From positions 832,001 through 896,000 of the forward strand of contig CAXXTB010000001.1 in NCBI GenBank assembly GCA_963676795.2: 64,000 bases of DNA, in the 5' to 3' direction. This DNA is from Geopsychrobacteraceae bacterium (GTDB lineage Bacteria; Desulfobacterota; Desulfuromonadia; Desulfuromonadales; Geopsychrobacteraceae). A program made the position numbers and the translations under genes. Below the pieces are notes generated by a model, which saw only the letters and a list, made by a program, of their open reading frames with translations, did no database searches and was not told the DNA's origin. This document shows, one piece after another, positions 11,855-21,832 of the stretch (positions are counted from its first letter, which is position 1; the number at the start of each line of letters is the position of its first letter).

Positions 11855-12604
11855 ATGAGTATCGACCCGACCCAAATGAAATTGTTTTACGATCAGTTAA
11901 GTTCGGACATCACGCATGAAAAAAGCCAGGGCACACCATCGCGGCAATTTGGTGATGTGCTTAGCAATGCGGCCAGAACCCTGGTTTCCGCCGAGGCTGC
12001 CAGTGAGGCTGCGGTTAGAATGATGCACGACGCCCGGAGCCGGATGGTCCAGGGGCTTTTTGCCGATGGGGAGAGTGAACCGTCTGCACTACTCGATCCT
12101 CTCGACGGGCTATCCCCTTACGGTTTTCTGAACGCACGGCAAAGTCAGATTGTTGACAAGTATTACCGGGTCGAGACACCGCAGCCGACCCTGCGCCCGG
12201 ACAGCGGTGACAAACCTCAAGGGCAGATCGACCAGCTGATTACCCAGGTGGCGAAACAGTACAATCTGTCCGAAGGGCTGATTCACTCGGTTGTCGCCAC
12301 CGAAAGTGCATATAATCCGCAGGCCGTCTCACCGGTCGGGGCCCGGGGGCTGATGCAACTGATGCCGGCGACCGCCGCTGATCTTGGCGTCACCGACAGC
12401 TTCGACCCCCAGCAGAACCTCAACGGCGGAACCCGCTATCTGAAACAGTTGCTCGACAAGTATGACGGCGACCTCGACCATGCCCTGGCCGCCTATAACT
12501 GGGGGCAGGGGAATGTCGATCGCCACGGTCTGGAGAAGATGCCGGATGAGACCAGGAACTATCTGGCCAAGATCAAGGGGTTGTTGGAACGCAACCGGGG
12601 GTAG
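11855..12604 (+). CDS. Lytic transglycosylase (SLT domain)
   Basis: TESAYNPQAVS, GARGLMQLMPATA, ALAAYNWG. Confidence 0.9.
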   Translation: MSIDPTQMKLFYDQLSSDITHEKSQGTPSRQFGDVLSNAARTLVSAEAASEAAVRMMHDARSRMVQGLFADGESEPSALLDPLDGLSPYGFLNARQSQIVDKYYRVETPQPTLRPDSGDKPQGQIDQLITQVAKQYNLSEGLIHSVVATESAYNPQAVSPVGARGLMQLMPATAADLGVTDSFDPQQNLNGGTRYLKQLLDKYDGDLDHALAAYNWGQGNVDRHGLEKMPDETRNYLAKIKGLLERNRG

Positions 12605-12688
12605 CGAGGAAATCCTCTCTGCTTTATTTGTAAAAGTGAAGGCAAGGACCGACCGATGAGGCCGGCCCTTCAGTTTTTCCTTTTGCTC

Positions 12689-13741
12689 TCAGCTGATGGC
12701 GGGATTGGCTGCAGACTGTTCATGAAAACGTAGTGCCTCGAGCATTCCCCGTTGTAAAGAGAGTCCCTGGGCCTTTTCAGCCGCATGGTGTGCCAGTACG
12801 TCACGGACCTCTGAACGCGTCAGCAGTTCGTTGCAGAGATGGCAGTGGTTGACGTAACGATCTGCAAATTCGAGATGCGGAGCTTTCTCCTTGACGAATT
12901 TCATCACCCCGTAAGGACCTTCAAGGGCAAGCCAGTTGGCGATCAGATCCTGGTTTCCCCGGCAGATGATTTCAGCGAGCCTCTCTTTTTCGAGGTTGCC
13001 GATACTCAATTCCGGAACGCGCTGATCGATCATTCCGCAGCATATCCGCAGTTCTTTTCCGGGAGAGATGATGATTGAACTGAGAACGCCGCTGCAGGGT
13101 GATTGCCAGGCGGTACACCCTTCCGGATAAAGAATGTAGCGACTGTGATCGAGTTCTTTTGCCTGAAGGCCGATCGGTACCGTATAACCTGTGCTGTACA
13201 TGTCACGGTGGGGATTTGGGCCTTCCTCATTGAACTGATGGAGTTCCACCCCGAGATAGTCAGCGAGAAATTCCGGTGTTATCAGGTTGTTTTTCACTTT
13301 CTTGTGAGCCAGAAGAACCGGTATCCCGAGATTGCGCGCCGCATGAAAGGCATGTTTGACATTGTCCAGCGGGATCATCTCCTGATGGAGATCGTCACAG
13401 CTGAAGTTGATTTCATTCAGGCCATTCTGCTTCAGTTTTGTCAGAAGCTGCGTGGCTTTGTCGGGACTGGTCGCCCAGAAGGCATTACTGACAATCCGAG
13501 TCCACAATCCATTGCTTTGAGCAAATTCCAGGGTTTCGACCAGCTCCGCTTTTTTCATAAGGGCCTCGCCGCCGGTGAAGATGACCGACTTCAGAGCGCC
13601 GAGCTCAAGGGTGTCACGGATTACCTGCTTCATGAATTCGGCAGAGAGGTAGGGCCCGTTTTGGGGGCCTGATTCGGTCACGCAGAATTTGCAGCTTACC
13701 GGACAGTCGTAGGTGACGGAAAAGACTATTTTCGAAATCAT
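12689..13741 (-). CDS. Radical SAM enzyme, EpeE/YydG peptide-epimerase-like
   Basis: CPVSCKFC (CxxxCxxC), FTGGE, SNAFWA, SCDDLH, ICCG, LEGP, C-terminal CHLC. Confidence 0.75.
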   Translation of the reverse strand: MISKIVFSVTYDCPVSCKFCVTESGPQNGPYLSAEFMKQVIRDTLELGALKSVIFTGGEALMKKAELVETLEFAQSNGLWTRIVSNAFWATSPDKATQLLTKLKQNGLNEINFSCDDLHQEMIPLDNVKHAFHAARNLGIPVLLAHKKVKNNLITPEFLADYLGVELHQFNEEGPNPHRDMYSTGYTVPIGLQAKELDHSRYILYPEGCTAWQSPCSGVLSSIIISPGKELRICCGMIDQRVPELSIGNLEKERLAEIICRGNQDLIANWLALEGPYGVMKFVKEKAPHLEFADRYVNHCHLCNELLTRSEVRDVLAHHAAEKAQGLSLQRGMLEALRFHEQSAANPAIS

Positions 13742-13754
13742 CGCTTGACTCTCT

Positions 13755-14348
13755 TCAAAAATCGCCGAGCTCTGTGAGCTGTCGGTCTATGCGCGCCATC
13801 AAGTCACCGAGGGTCAGCGCATTGAGCAGTGGGGTGCGGATGAAACGTTCGGTCATCAGGTCGCGCCCATCGAATTTTGTTGAGTAATGATGGTTGGTCC
13901 GGGTATGGGGCATGGAATTTTGTTCAAAATCGACATTGATTCCGCGATGACTTTCCGATTGTTGCTCTGAATAGAAGATATCGCTTTGCGTATCAATCCG
14001 CTGGGCGAATTCTGCTTTCGCTTCGGCCTTGGTCACAAAATGGGCTGAGATGTCCTGGTAGCGGCTGGCCGCGACGTTGATACCAAAAATCTGTTCAAAG
14101 CGGGCCTCATTGATCTTTTCCTGTTTTACAAAGCCGTGAGCGCGCATCAGGATAAAGCGCAGCTGCATCAGGGCTTCTTCGCTGACGTCATCCGAGGTTG
14201 TGATGTTGTGGTTTTTCAGGGTCATTTCAGTGTTTTCCATGACCAAGGCAAAGGTTTCATCATCGAAGATCGCTTTGCGCAGAAATTGACTGAATGCGTG
14301 TGACGGCAGGGTGATGCGATGGGTGATTCTTTCGGCAGCTTTAGTCAT
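13755..14348 (-). CDS. Hypothetical 197-aa protein, candidate substrate or precursor of the adjacent radical SAM enzyme
   Basis: GAAAGGA RBS; 13 nt upstream of the rSAM gene; NHLP/Nif11-like N-terminal segment FSQFLRKAIFDDETFALVMEN; polar central region. Confidence 0.6.
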   Translation of the reverse strand: MTKAAERITHRITLPSHAFSQFLRKAIFDDETFALVMENTEMTLKNHNITTSDDVSEEALMQLRFILMRAHGFVKQEKINEARFEQIFGINVAASRYQDISAHFVTKAEAKAEFAQRIDTQSDIFYSEQQSESHRGINVDFEQNSMPHTRTNHHYSTKFDGRDLMTERFIRTPLLNALTLGDLMARIDRQLTELGDF

Positions 14349-14464
14349 TTTGAATTTCCTTTCGTTGGTTGCTATCGACCATGGATGAAACTCTCGCTTG
14401 CGTGCGAGACAATTTTCGGAAGAGCAGAAAACATGAATAATTTATTATTCAGTTCTTTAAAAAC

Positions 14465-14518
14465 AAATATTTGCAAATATTTAATTAGCGAGTATAGCAA
14501 GCTTTTACTCCATGGCAA
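14465..14518 (-). promoter_or_regulatory. Sigma70-type promoter with a downstream perfect palindrome, serving the rSAM cassette
   Basis: Minus strand TTGCCA-N16-TATACT with extended TGn (14518-14491); AAATATTTGCAAATATTT at 14465-14482. Confidence 0.6.
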
Positions 14519-14573
14519 GCGCCCGGAGAAAAAAGCTGAGCCGTTGAAATTAAGGAGTTGTGAAGTGGGATAG

Positions 14574-14616
14574 AAAATAACTCCGGATCGAAGTTCTTCG
14601 GTCCGGAGTTATTTTT
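14574..14616. terminator. Bidirectional intrinsic terminator
   Basis: AAAATAACTCCGGA...TCCGGAGTTATTTTT. Confidence 0.75.
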
Positions 14617-15110
14617 AAGAGGGGCAGGTTGACAGAATATCCGGGGAAGAGATGACGATCGATGCATAGCTTTTGCCAGGGGCAAAAGTGGCTATTTTTG
14701 AGCCGCCGGATGATTGCAGATGAAAAATGGTGAACCGCTCAGGTTGATGACGCTCATGCCTGCAAGCTGCAGGTAGACGGCTCCGTCATCGTCACTGTCG
14801 ACGATGATCTGTTGCCGCTGATCAGGTAGGTTCCTGGCTGCGAAATCGTCAGCACAGAACCTGACGCGGAGGCACCGCTATCTTCAGGGCTGATGCTGAT
14901 CCCGGCATCGGCCAGTTCGATTGTGACAACCGAGTCGGAATCGCTGGTGCTGATGTCATCACCGGTTTCTGTATCATCCAGACTGATGTCGTTGACATCT
15001 GTGGAGCTTGTCGTGGTTGTCGATTCGTCAGAATCCGAACTGCCGCAGGCACAGAGGCAAACCAGTAGGGCTAAAAAAATGAAGCAGAACCGAATATTGC
15101 TGCGCCGCAT
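14615..15110 (-). pseudogene. Decayed Cthe_2159/DUF4353-type carbohydrate-binding lipoprotein
   Basis: Lipobox LCAC, then LTISQPGTYLISG; shifted frame reads QIIVDSDDDGAVYLQLAG; a further frame reads IATFAPGKSYASIVISSPDI. Confidence 0.7.
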
Positions 15111-15236
15111 AGATTACTCCTTGTGTATGTACATTTATGGACGATAGGAGTGTCAGGAAAGCAACGTCAAGGTCTGCAACTCTACCCGTCAATCGGTAAC
15201 ATTGTGTAGCTGGCGATTAACGGGTAGAGCTGTAAG

Positions 15237-18200
15237 TCACCGAGAAACATGAACATTTTGCTGTCTCTGGTCACCGTTAGGTCCGGATTTTCTGTCTCTG
15301 AAGCCGAAGAGCTTTCTCACATCCTCCAGAATCAGATAGAGCACCGGAATCAGCAGCAGGGTAATACCGGTGGCGAAGAGAATGCCGAAGCCCAGCGAGA
15401 TGGCCATCGGGATCAGGAAACGGGCCTGACGGCTGGTTTCCAGGATCATCGGCATCAGGCCGAAGAAGGTGGTCAGCGAGGTCAGCAGGATCGGCCGGAA
15501 GCGCCGGGTTCCGGCACCGACGATTGCGTCATAGACCGACATCCCGACTAGCCGGTTGCGGTTGCACTGGTCGATGAGCAGCAGCGAATCGTTGACGACG
15601 ACGCCGGCCAGGGCGACGACGCCGAACATGCTGAGGATGCTCAGGTCATAGCCCATGATCAGGTGGCCGAGGACCGCGCCGATCATGCCGAAGGGGATTG
15701 CCGCCATGATCAGCAGTGGCTGGCTGTAGCTGCGGAACGGGATGGCGAGCAGGGCGTAGATGGCGATCAGGGCGAGCAGGAAGCCTTTTTTCATGCTGGC
15801 GAAGGAATCGGCGCGTTCCTGTTCTTCCCCTTCCATGGTCCAGCTCAGGCCCGGATAGTCACTGACCAGCTGCGGCAACAGGTTGCTTTTAAGCTCAGTA
15901 AGGATTTCCTGCGCGTTGTTCTGCTGACTGTTGACGTCGGCAGTAACGTTGATGACCCGTTTGCGGTCGGTCCGGTTGATGGTCGAAAAGCCGTAGCTCT
16001 CGCTGACCTCGGCCGCCTGGAGCAGAGGGATGGCGGCCCCGGCACTGTTGCGGATGTACATGTTCTCAAAGTTCCACAGCTTGCGCCGGTCGGCTTGCGG
16101 ATAGCGGACGACAACCTTGAGTTCGTTGCGGCCGCGTTGCAGGCGCAGCGCTTCGGCGCCGTAGAAGGCCGCGCGGATCTGGCGGGCCAGGTCGGCTTCG
16201 GTGATGCCGAGGGTGCGTGCCGCCGGTTTGAGCTTCAGCTTAATCTCCTGCTTGCCGCGTGCGTAACTGTCTTCGATTTCACTGACCCCCTGATACTGGG
16301 CCAGGTTCTCCTGGATACGCGCCGAGGCCTTTTTCAGCACCTCAAAATCGGTGTGGGCCAGGCGTACGTCGATATTGGCTCCCAGGCGCATGCTGCTGAA
16401 ACGGAAGGTCAGCGAGTCGAGGCCGGGGATCGGGCCGATGTGGCTGCGCCAGTTTTTCGAGATCTCTTCGGCCGGGATGCCGCGCTTGCTCCCTTCGGTC
16501 AGGTAGAGGGAGATGGTCGCCAGGTTGGTCGCGGTCGATGCCGAACCGCCACCGGGGCCGCCGACCGATTGGGTTCCGCCGATCAGGCTGTAGGTGCTGC
16601 GCAGGATGCTGTCGCCGGCCGGCCGCCTGGCGTCGTATTCGGCGATGGTTTCCAGGCCCCGGGCCAGGATCATGTCAGCGATCCGTGCCGTTTCGTCGAT
16701 CGATACCCCTTCGTTCATCTGCAGGGTGACCCGAATCCGGTCGCCATCGACCTTGGGGAAAAACATGAACTTGATGATTCCCCCCTGATAGATAGCCGCG
16801 ACCAGCAGCAGGGAGGCGATGCCGAAAGCCAGTGACGCGTAACGGTAGTTGAGATTCAGTTTGAGAATTCTCTGATAGGGGCCGTAGACAAAACGGTACA
16901 GGCCACGGCCGAACAGCCTGCGGACCTTGTCGATGCTGCCGATCACTCCGCCGCCTGGCGGTCTCATCTTGCCGAAGGTCAGGTGGGCGGGCAGAACGAA
17001 GAGTGATTCGATCAGCGAGATCAAGAGCAGGGTGATGACGACCATCGGCACGACCTTGATGAACTTTCCCATCATGCCGACGATATAGAGCAGCGGCATG
17101 AAGGCGGCAACCGTGGTCAGGATCGAAAAGGTGACCGGGATCGCGACTTCGAGGGCGCCGTCGATGGCCGCGTTGACGTAGGGTTTTCCCTGCTGTCGAT
17201 GTTCGAAGATGTTTTCGCCGACGACGATGGCGTCGTCGACCAGGATGCCGAGCGCCAGGATGAAGGCGAACAGCGAGTTCATGTTGATCGACACGCCGAG
17301 AAAGGGGAGCAGGAACAGGGTGCCGAGGAAGGAGATCGGAATGCCGAGCATAACCCACAGGGCAAGCTTGAGTTCGAGGAATAGACCGAGGACGATGATG
17401 ACCAGAATCAGACCGTAGAGGGCATTTTTCTGCAGCAGCTGCATGCGGCTGTTGAATACCTCGCTGTCGTCGTTCCAGGCGGTGATCTTCAGGGTCTCGG
17501 GCAGTTGCTCCCGTTTCTGCTCGATATAGTCCTTGATCTCCCTGGAGATCTCGGTCGGTTTCTGGTCGCCGATGCGGAACACCTGGACCATGGCCGCCGG
17601 CTGACCGTCGAAACGGGCATAGCTTTCGCTGTCGCTGAAACCGTCGATGACGGTAGCGATATCACCGAGCCGGACGCGGGTGCCGTCGCTGTTGGCGATG
17701 ATGGTGATATCCTCGTATTCGGCGCCACTGTAGCGACGCTCCTTGGTGCGCAGCAGAATCTCGCCGCCAGCGGTTTTGACCGATCCGGCAGGCAGGTCGA
17801 GGGAGGCGCTGGAAATGAGCGTTGCGACCTGGCTGAGGGTCAGATTGTAGCGTTTGAGGGTCTGCTCGGGGATTTCGATGCTGATCTCAAGATCCCTGAC
17901 TCCGCTCAGCTCGACCTGGGTGACGTTCGGCAGTTCGAGCAGGTCGTCGCGCACGCTTTCCGCCTGCTCTCGCAAGGTGCGTTCGTCGACTGCGCCGTAG
18001 AGGACCACCGAGATAACATCGCGGCGGGTCGAGCCCTTGCTGATCACCGGCTTCTCGGCCTCCTCCGGGAATGTGGTGATGCGGTCGACCTCGCTCTTGA
18101 TGTCCTGCAGAACCTGGTCGATATCCTCTTTGGCGTAGATCTCGGCGACTACGCTGCCGCCCCCTTCACGGGCCGACGATTTGAGTTGCTTGATGCCGTC

Positions 18201-18425
18201 AACGCCGGTCAGGCTCTCCTCGATCTTGAGGATGATTCCCTCTTCGACCTCCTCCGGTCCCGCGCCGGGGTAAGCAACCGTCACCGATACCCGGTCGAGG
18301 GTGACCTCGGGAAAGACCTCCTGCTTGATGCTCGGCGCCATGATCAGGCCGCCGACGATGAAAGCCAGCATCAGCAGGTTCGCGGCCACATGGTTGGTGG
18401 CCATCCATTTGACGGCCGATCTCAT
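15237..18425 (-). CDS. RND efflux permease (AcrB/AcrD/AcrF family)
   Basis: 1062 aa, GILVDDAIVVGEN, RFRPILLTSLTT, two transmembrane clusters. Confidence 0.95.
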   Translation of the reverse strand: MRSAVKWMATNHVAANLLMLAFIVGGLIMAPSIKQEVFPEVTLDRVSVTVAYPGAGPEEVEEGIILKIEESLTGVDGIKQLKSSAREGGGSVVAEIYAKEDIDQVLQDIKSEVDRITTFPEEAEKPVISKGSTRRDVISVVLYGAVDERTLREQAESVRDDLLELPNVTQVELSGVRDLEISIEIPEQTLKRYNLTLSQVATLISSASLDLPAGSVKTAGGEILLRTKERRYSGAEYEDITIIANSDGTRVRLGDIATVIDGFSDSESYARFDGQPAAMVQVFRIGDQKPTEISREIKDYIEQKREQLPETLKITAWNDDSEVFNSRMQLLQKNALYGLILVIIVLGLFLELKLALWVMLGIPISFLGTLFLLPFLGVSINMNSLFAFILALGILVDDAIVVGENIFEHRQQGKPYVNAAIDGALEVAIPVTFSILTTVAAFMPLLYIVGMMGKFIKVVPMVVITLLLISLIESLFVLPAHLTFGKMRPPGGGVIGSIDKVRRLFGRGLYRFVYGPYQRILKLNLNYRYASLAFGIASLLLVAAIYQGGIIKFMFFPKVDGDRIRVTLQMNEGVSIDETARIADMILARGLETIAEYDARRPAGDSILRSTYSLIGGTQSVGGPGGGSASTATNLATISLYLTEGSKRGIPAEEISKNWRSHIGPIPGLDSLTFRFSSMRLGANIDVRLAHTDFEVLKKASARIQENLAQYQGVSEIEDSYARGKQEIKLKLKPAARTLGITEADLARQIRAAFYGAEALRLQRGRNELKVVVRYPQADRRKLWNFENMYIRNSAGAAIPLLQAAEVSESYGFSTINRTDRKRVINVTADVNSQQNNAQEILTELKSNLLPQLVSDYPGLSWTMEGEEQERADSFASMKKGFLLALIAIYALLAIPFRSYSQPLLIMAAIPFGMIGAVLGHLIMGYDLSILSMFGVVALAGVVVNDSLLLIDQCNRNRLVGMSVYDAIVGAGTRRFRPILLTSLTTFFGLMPMILETSRQARFLIPMAISLGFGILFATGITLLLIPVLYLILEDVRKLFGFRDRKSGPNGDQRQQNVHVSR

Positions 18426-19603
18426 GGTTTTTTCTCCGCTCCGGCAATTCTCAGCTGGGTTCCCGGTGCGGCACCGGTCAGAGAGGTGAGGATCAGTTGC
18501 TGGCCGTCAAGCCCGTCGTTACGCAGGATCAACTGGTCCTGCTCGCGCCTCAGGATCTCGACCTGCTGCAGGCGCAGTTTGTTCCCTTCGCCGACCAGGC
18601 GGATCTGGTTGCCGTCCTGCAGGGCCTGACGGGGGATGACAACAACGTCATTCAGAACCGGACCCTGAATTTCGACGGCAACAAACTGGCCGTGGGGGAG
18701 GACCGGGGCAGCTGACCCGCTCTTCAGATGATAGGGGTCGGCGACGGCAAGGATCAGGGTTGCAGTGCGGCTGGCCGGATCGATTTCCCCCAGGCTGCGC
18801 ACAACCTTTCCGGTCCAGTGGTTCCGGCTGTTCTCGGCCTGATAGATGTCGGCTTTGACCTCGCCTGCTTTGTACTGGGTCAGCCAGGCGGCCTCGGCTG
18901 TGGCAAGCGGGATGGCGATTTCCGCGACATCGGTTCCGGCCAGCACGCCGAGGCTGACGCCGGGACTGACATACTGACCGAGGCCGATCGTTTCTTCGCG
19001 GATTCTGCCGTTAAACGGGGCGCGGACTGTCGCCCGTTCCAGATTGAGCTGGGCCTTTTTCAACTGGGCCTTGGCGGCGGCGAGGATCGCCTGTTGTTGT
19101 TTAAGCTGAATCTCACGGGTCACCAGCGGACCCGGTTCCCCCTTCTCAGGCAGGTCGATTCGCGTCCATTCCTCGCGGGCGATGCGCGCCTGTTCCTGTT
19201 CCTTGGCCAGGGCGACCTCTCCTTGCGCGACTTCGGCCCCGGCCTGTTCGACGGCCAGCTGGTAATCGGCGGTTTCAATCTCAAACAGTACTTCGCCCGC
19301 GCTGACCAGCCCGCCGGCAACCAATTTGGGCGAGACCTGTGAAATCCGCCCGGCGACCTGGCTGGTCAGGCTGATCTGGCGGGCCGGGTTGACCGTGCCG
19401 CTGGCGTAGACGATCACCTGATGATCGACTGCTGCAAGCCGTGCGGTTTCGACCAGAACTCCCTGCGCCCTGGGCTGCTGGCGCGGCGGCTCCTTTTTCA
19501 GGTGGGTCAGCAGGATGAAGGCCGCGATGCCGATGGCGATGATCAGGACCGGCAGGACAATTTTCAGGGCTAATCCGGAATTATTTTCCGTAGTCGACAT
19601 CAT
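18422..19603 (-). CDS. RND periplasmic adaptor (membrane fusion protein)
   Basis: N-terminal TM, lipoyl-like motifs, coiled coil, VRAPFNG. Confidence 0.92.
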   Translation of the reverse strand: MMSTTENNSGLALKIVLPVLIIAIGIAAFILLTHLKKEPPRQQPRAQGVLVETARLAAVDHQVIVYASGTVNPARQISLTSQVAGRISQVSPKLVAGGLVSAGEVLFEIETADYQLAVEQAGAEVAQGEVALAKEQEQARIAREEWTRIDLPEKGEPGPLVTREIQLKQQQAILAAAKAQLKKAQLNLERATVRAPFNGRIREETIGLGQYVSPGVSLGVLAGTDVAEIAIPLATAEAAWLTQYKAGEVKADIYQAENSRNHWTGKVVRSLGEIDPASRTATLILAVADPYHLKSGSAAPVLPHGQFVAVEIQGPVLNDVVVIPRQALQDGNQIRLVGEGNKLRLQQVEILRREQDQLILRNDGLDGQQLILTSLTGAAPGTQLRIAGAEKKP

Positions 19604-21011
19604 CTTTATCCTGTTTGGCAGCCAGAGCCTGGCGTTGTTGGTTGAGTTCTTCTGTCATCCAGCTCCCGCCGAGGGCTCTGACCAGCGAGATGCGCTGGCT
19701 GATCAACTGCCGGCGTGAGCTGAGTTGTTGACTGAGAATATTGAAATGGCTGATTTCACCTGAAAGCAGGTCACTGCTGTCGGTCAGCCCGTAAAGGTAG
19801 CTCTTGTATTGCAGCTGCAGGTTCGCATCGCTGATCTGACGGCGTTGCTCGAGCAGGCGGGCTGTTTCGTCGCTCTGCTTCGCTCCGACCATGGCGTTTT
19901 CAACCTCCTGGATGGCGCTGAGCAACAGTGCGTTGGTTGCCGCCAGTTGAATATTTCTGGCTGCTGTCTTCTGGTCGCTGGCCGCTTTTAACCGGCCACC
20001 GTCGTAGAGTGGCTGGGTCAGGCCGAGAGCCAGGCTCCAGACCGTACCGCTGTAGTCGCCGCTGGCCAGTCGGGTCGCCGATTCCCCGAGTGTCGCACTC
20101 AGGTCGATACCGGGCAGCCGGTCGGCCAGGGCGGCTGCCAGATCGGCATCGTTGGCTTTGAGTTCGAGAAGTGCTGCGGCGACATCCGGGCGCCTGGTCA
20201 ACAGGTCGGCCGGCAGGCCGGATGCCGGCATGGCATTCAGCAGCGCCAGATCGCCGTTGTCAATCCTGACCGTCCCCGGCGCTGAGCCAAGCATGATCGC
20301 TATGGCGTTTTCGGCCTGGGCCAGGGCCAAACGATAGGCAGGAAGCTCTGCATTGAACGAAGCAAGGTTCTGGCGGGCCTGGTAGACCTCAGCGGCCGTT
20401 GACAGACCGGATCGGTAACGTTCGGTGACAAAATCGAGCAGCGCGGAGCTCTTGGCGATCTGGATGTCCAGCAGTTCAAGCTGGGCATTCTGTTCGACGG
20501 CCAGGAAATACTGTTCACAGAGCTGGGCGCTGAGGTTTAAGAGCAGCGCTTCGACATCCTTTCTGCCCGCCTCACTGCGCAGGATGGCCGCCTGCTCGGC
20601 ATCGCGCAGCCGGTTCCACAGGTCGATTTCATAGCTGGCGGCCAGCGACAGGTTGGAGGTGGTCGATCTTGATTCGCCTGCGGCGCTGACCGACTGGCTG
20701 CGGGTGAGCTTGCCGTTGAAAGCGACGGTGGGCAGTCGGGCAGCTCGCCCTGAGCGTATCGTGGCATCGAGTTGATCGAGGCGGTAAAGGGCCTGATGCA
20801 GGCTGAGATTGCCACTGAACAGCTGGTCGGCCAGGTGATTGAGCTGTGGGGCATTGAAGTCGAGCCACCAGCGTTCGCTCGGTTGCAGTGTGTTTGGCGC
20901 GCTTTGTTCCGAATAGCTCGCCGGGATGTCTTTCAGTTCTGCCGGATGCGGCCGCAGTGGATTGCAGGCGGTGAGCAGCAGTAGGAGTAGAAGCAGAAGC
21001 CAGTATCTCAT
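19581..21011 (-). CDS. Outer membrane efflux lipoprotein (OprM/NodT family)
   Basis: Lipobox LTAC, WWLDF, SYEIDLW, LLTRRPDV, LVRALGGSW. Confidence 0.93.
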   Translation of the reverse strand: MRYWLLLLLLLLLTACNPLRPHPAELKDIPASYSEQSAPNTLQPSERWWLDFNAPQLNHLADQLFSGNLSLHQALYRLDQLDATIRSGRAARLPTVAFNGKLTRSQSVSAAGESRSTTSNLSLAASYEIDLWNRLRDAEQAAILRSEAGRKDVEALLLNLSAQLCEQYFLAVEQNAQLELLDIQIAKSSALLDFVTERYRSGLSTAAEVYQARQNLASFNAELPAYRLALAQAENAIAIMLGSAPGTVRIDNGDLALLNAMPASGLPADLLTRRPDVAAALLELKANDADLAAALADRLPGIDLSATLGESATRLASGDYSGTVWSLALGLTQPLYDGGRLKAASDQKTAARNIQLAATNALLLSAIQEVENAMVGAKQSDETARLLEQRRQISDANLQLQYKSYLYGLTDSSDLLSGEISHFNILSQQLSSRRQLISQRISLVRALGGSWMTEELNQQRQALAAKQDKDDVDYGK

Positions 21012-21643
21012 AGCGGAGCCTCCAGGCCGGCGAGAATGAATTTCATGAATTCCCTGGTTGTCAGTTGCTGATCAGGATGTTCTGTGCCGGTGTCTTGCAG
21101 TAGAGGACTGCTGTTGCCGCTACTCATGATGTAACCGAGGCTGCTGAGCAGGAACATCAGGCGCAACCTGAGGATGTTTTCCGGGAGCTGCGGCAGGGCC
21201 ATGCCGAGTGCCGCAGCAAAGTTGCTGATCAGTGGACCGATCTGCTCGAAGACGGCGCTGCGTACTTTTTCGTCAGGTTCATTCCAGGTCCGGCCGATCA
21301 GCCGGAGAAAGTGACCCGCGCCACGACTCGAGGCTCCGAACTCCAGGGTGGGGATGACAAAAGCAGAGACAAGATCCCGGACGGAAGGCTTCTCCTGCTT
21401 GAGGTGCGCCTCGGCGAGAACCTGATCAATACGCTGCTGACGCCTTTGATTCAGGGGTTGCAGACGTCTTGCCAGGACCGCCTGGAGCAGCCCTTCCTTG
21501 GAGTTAAAGTGGTAATTGACGGCAGCCAGGTTGACCTTGGCACGTTCTGTCAGGGTGCGCAGCGAAGTATTTCTGAACCCATGCTCGGCGAAGAGTCGTT
21601 CGGCCTGGTCGAGAATCCTGCTTTTGGTGTCTTTGCTGCTCAT
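21008..21643 (-). CDS. TetR/AcrR family regulator (PsrA-like)
   Basis: ILDQAERLFAEHGF...VNLAAVNYHF.SKE helix-turn-helix; first gene of the efflux operon. Confidence 0.9.
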   Translation of the reverse strand: MSSKDTKSRILDQAERLFAEHGFRNTSLRTLTERAKVNLAAVNYHFNSKEGLLQAVLARRLQPLNQRRQQRIDQVLAEAHLKQEKPSVRDLVSAFVIPTLEFGASSRGAGHFLRLIGRTWNEPDEKVRSAVFEQIGPLISNFAAALGMALPQLPENILRLRLMFLLSSLGYIMSSGNSSPLLQDTGTEHPDQQLTTREFMKFILAGLEAPL

Positions 21644-21676
21644 TTCTGCCTGATCGCCCTCCGCTGTTTTGATGGA

Positions 21677-21694
21677 TTGAAACACTCGTTTAAA
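21677..21694. promoter_or_regulatory. Candidate TetR (PsrA-type) autoregulatory operator
   Basis: TTGAAACACTCGTTTAAA (AAAC-N4-GTTT) just downstream of a minus-strand TTGACT -35. Confidence 0.45.
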
Positions 21695-21763
21695 ACCTGA
21701 GTCAAGTGAGCATTTGTAAAGTGTTGTTAAATTTGTTCAGGGACTGAGCAGATAAGCGAAATG

Positions 21764-21782
21764 GTGACTAAAAAATAGTCAC
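21764..21782. promoter_or_regulatory. Palindrome upstream of the glnK sigma54 promoter (candidate enhancer-binding site)
   Basis: GTGACTA-AAAAA-TAGTCAC. Confidence 0.5.
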
Positions 21783-21832
21783 ATGTCCTGCAGAACTTAA
21801 AAAAAATCCTAGAAAATGGGCTTTTAAGAAGT

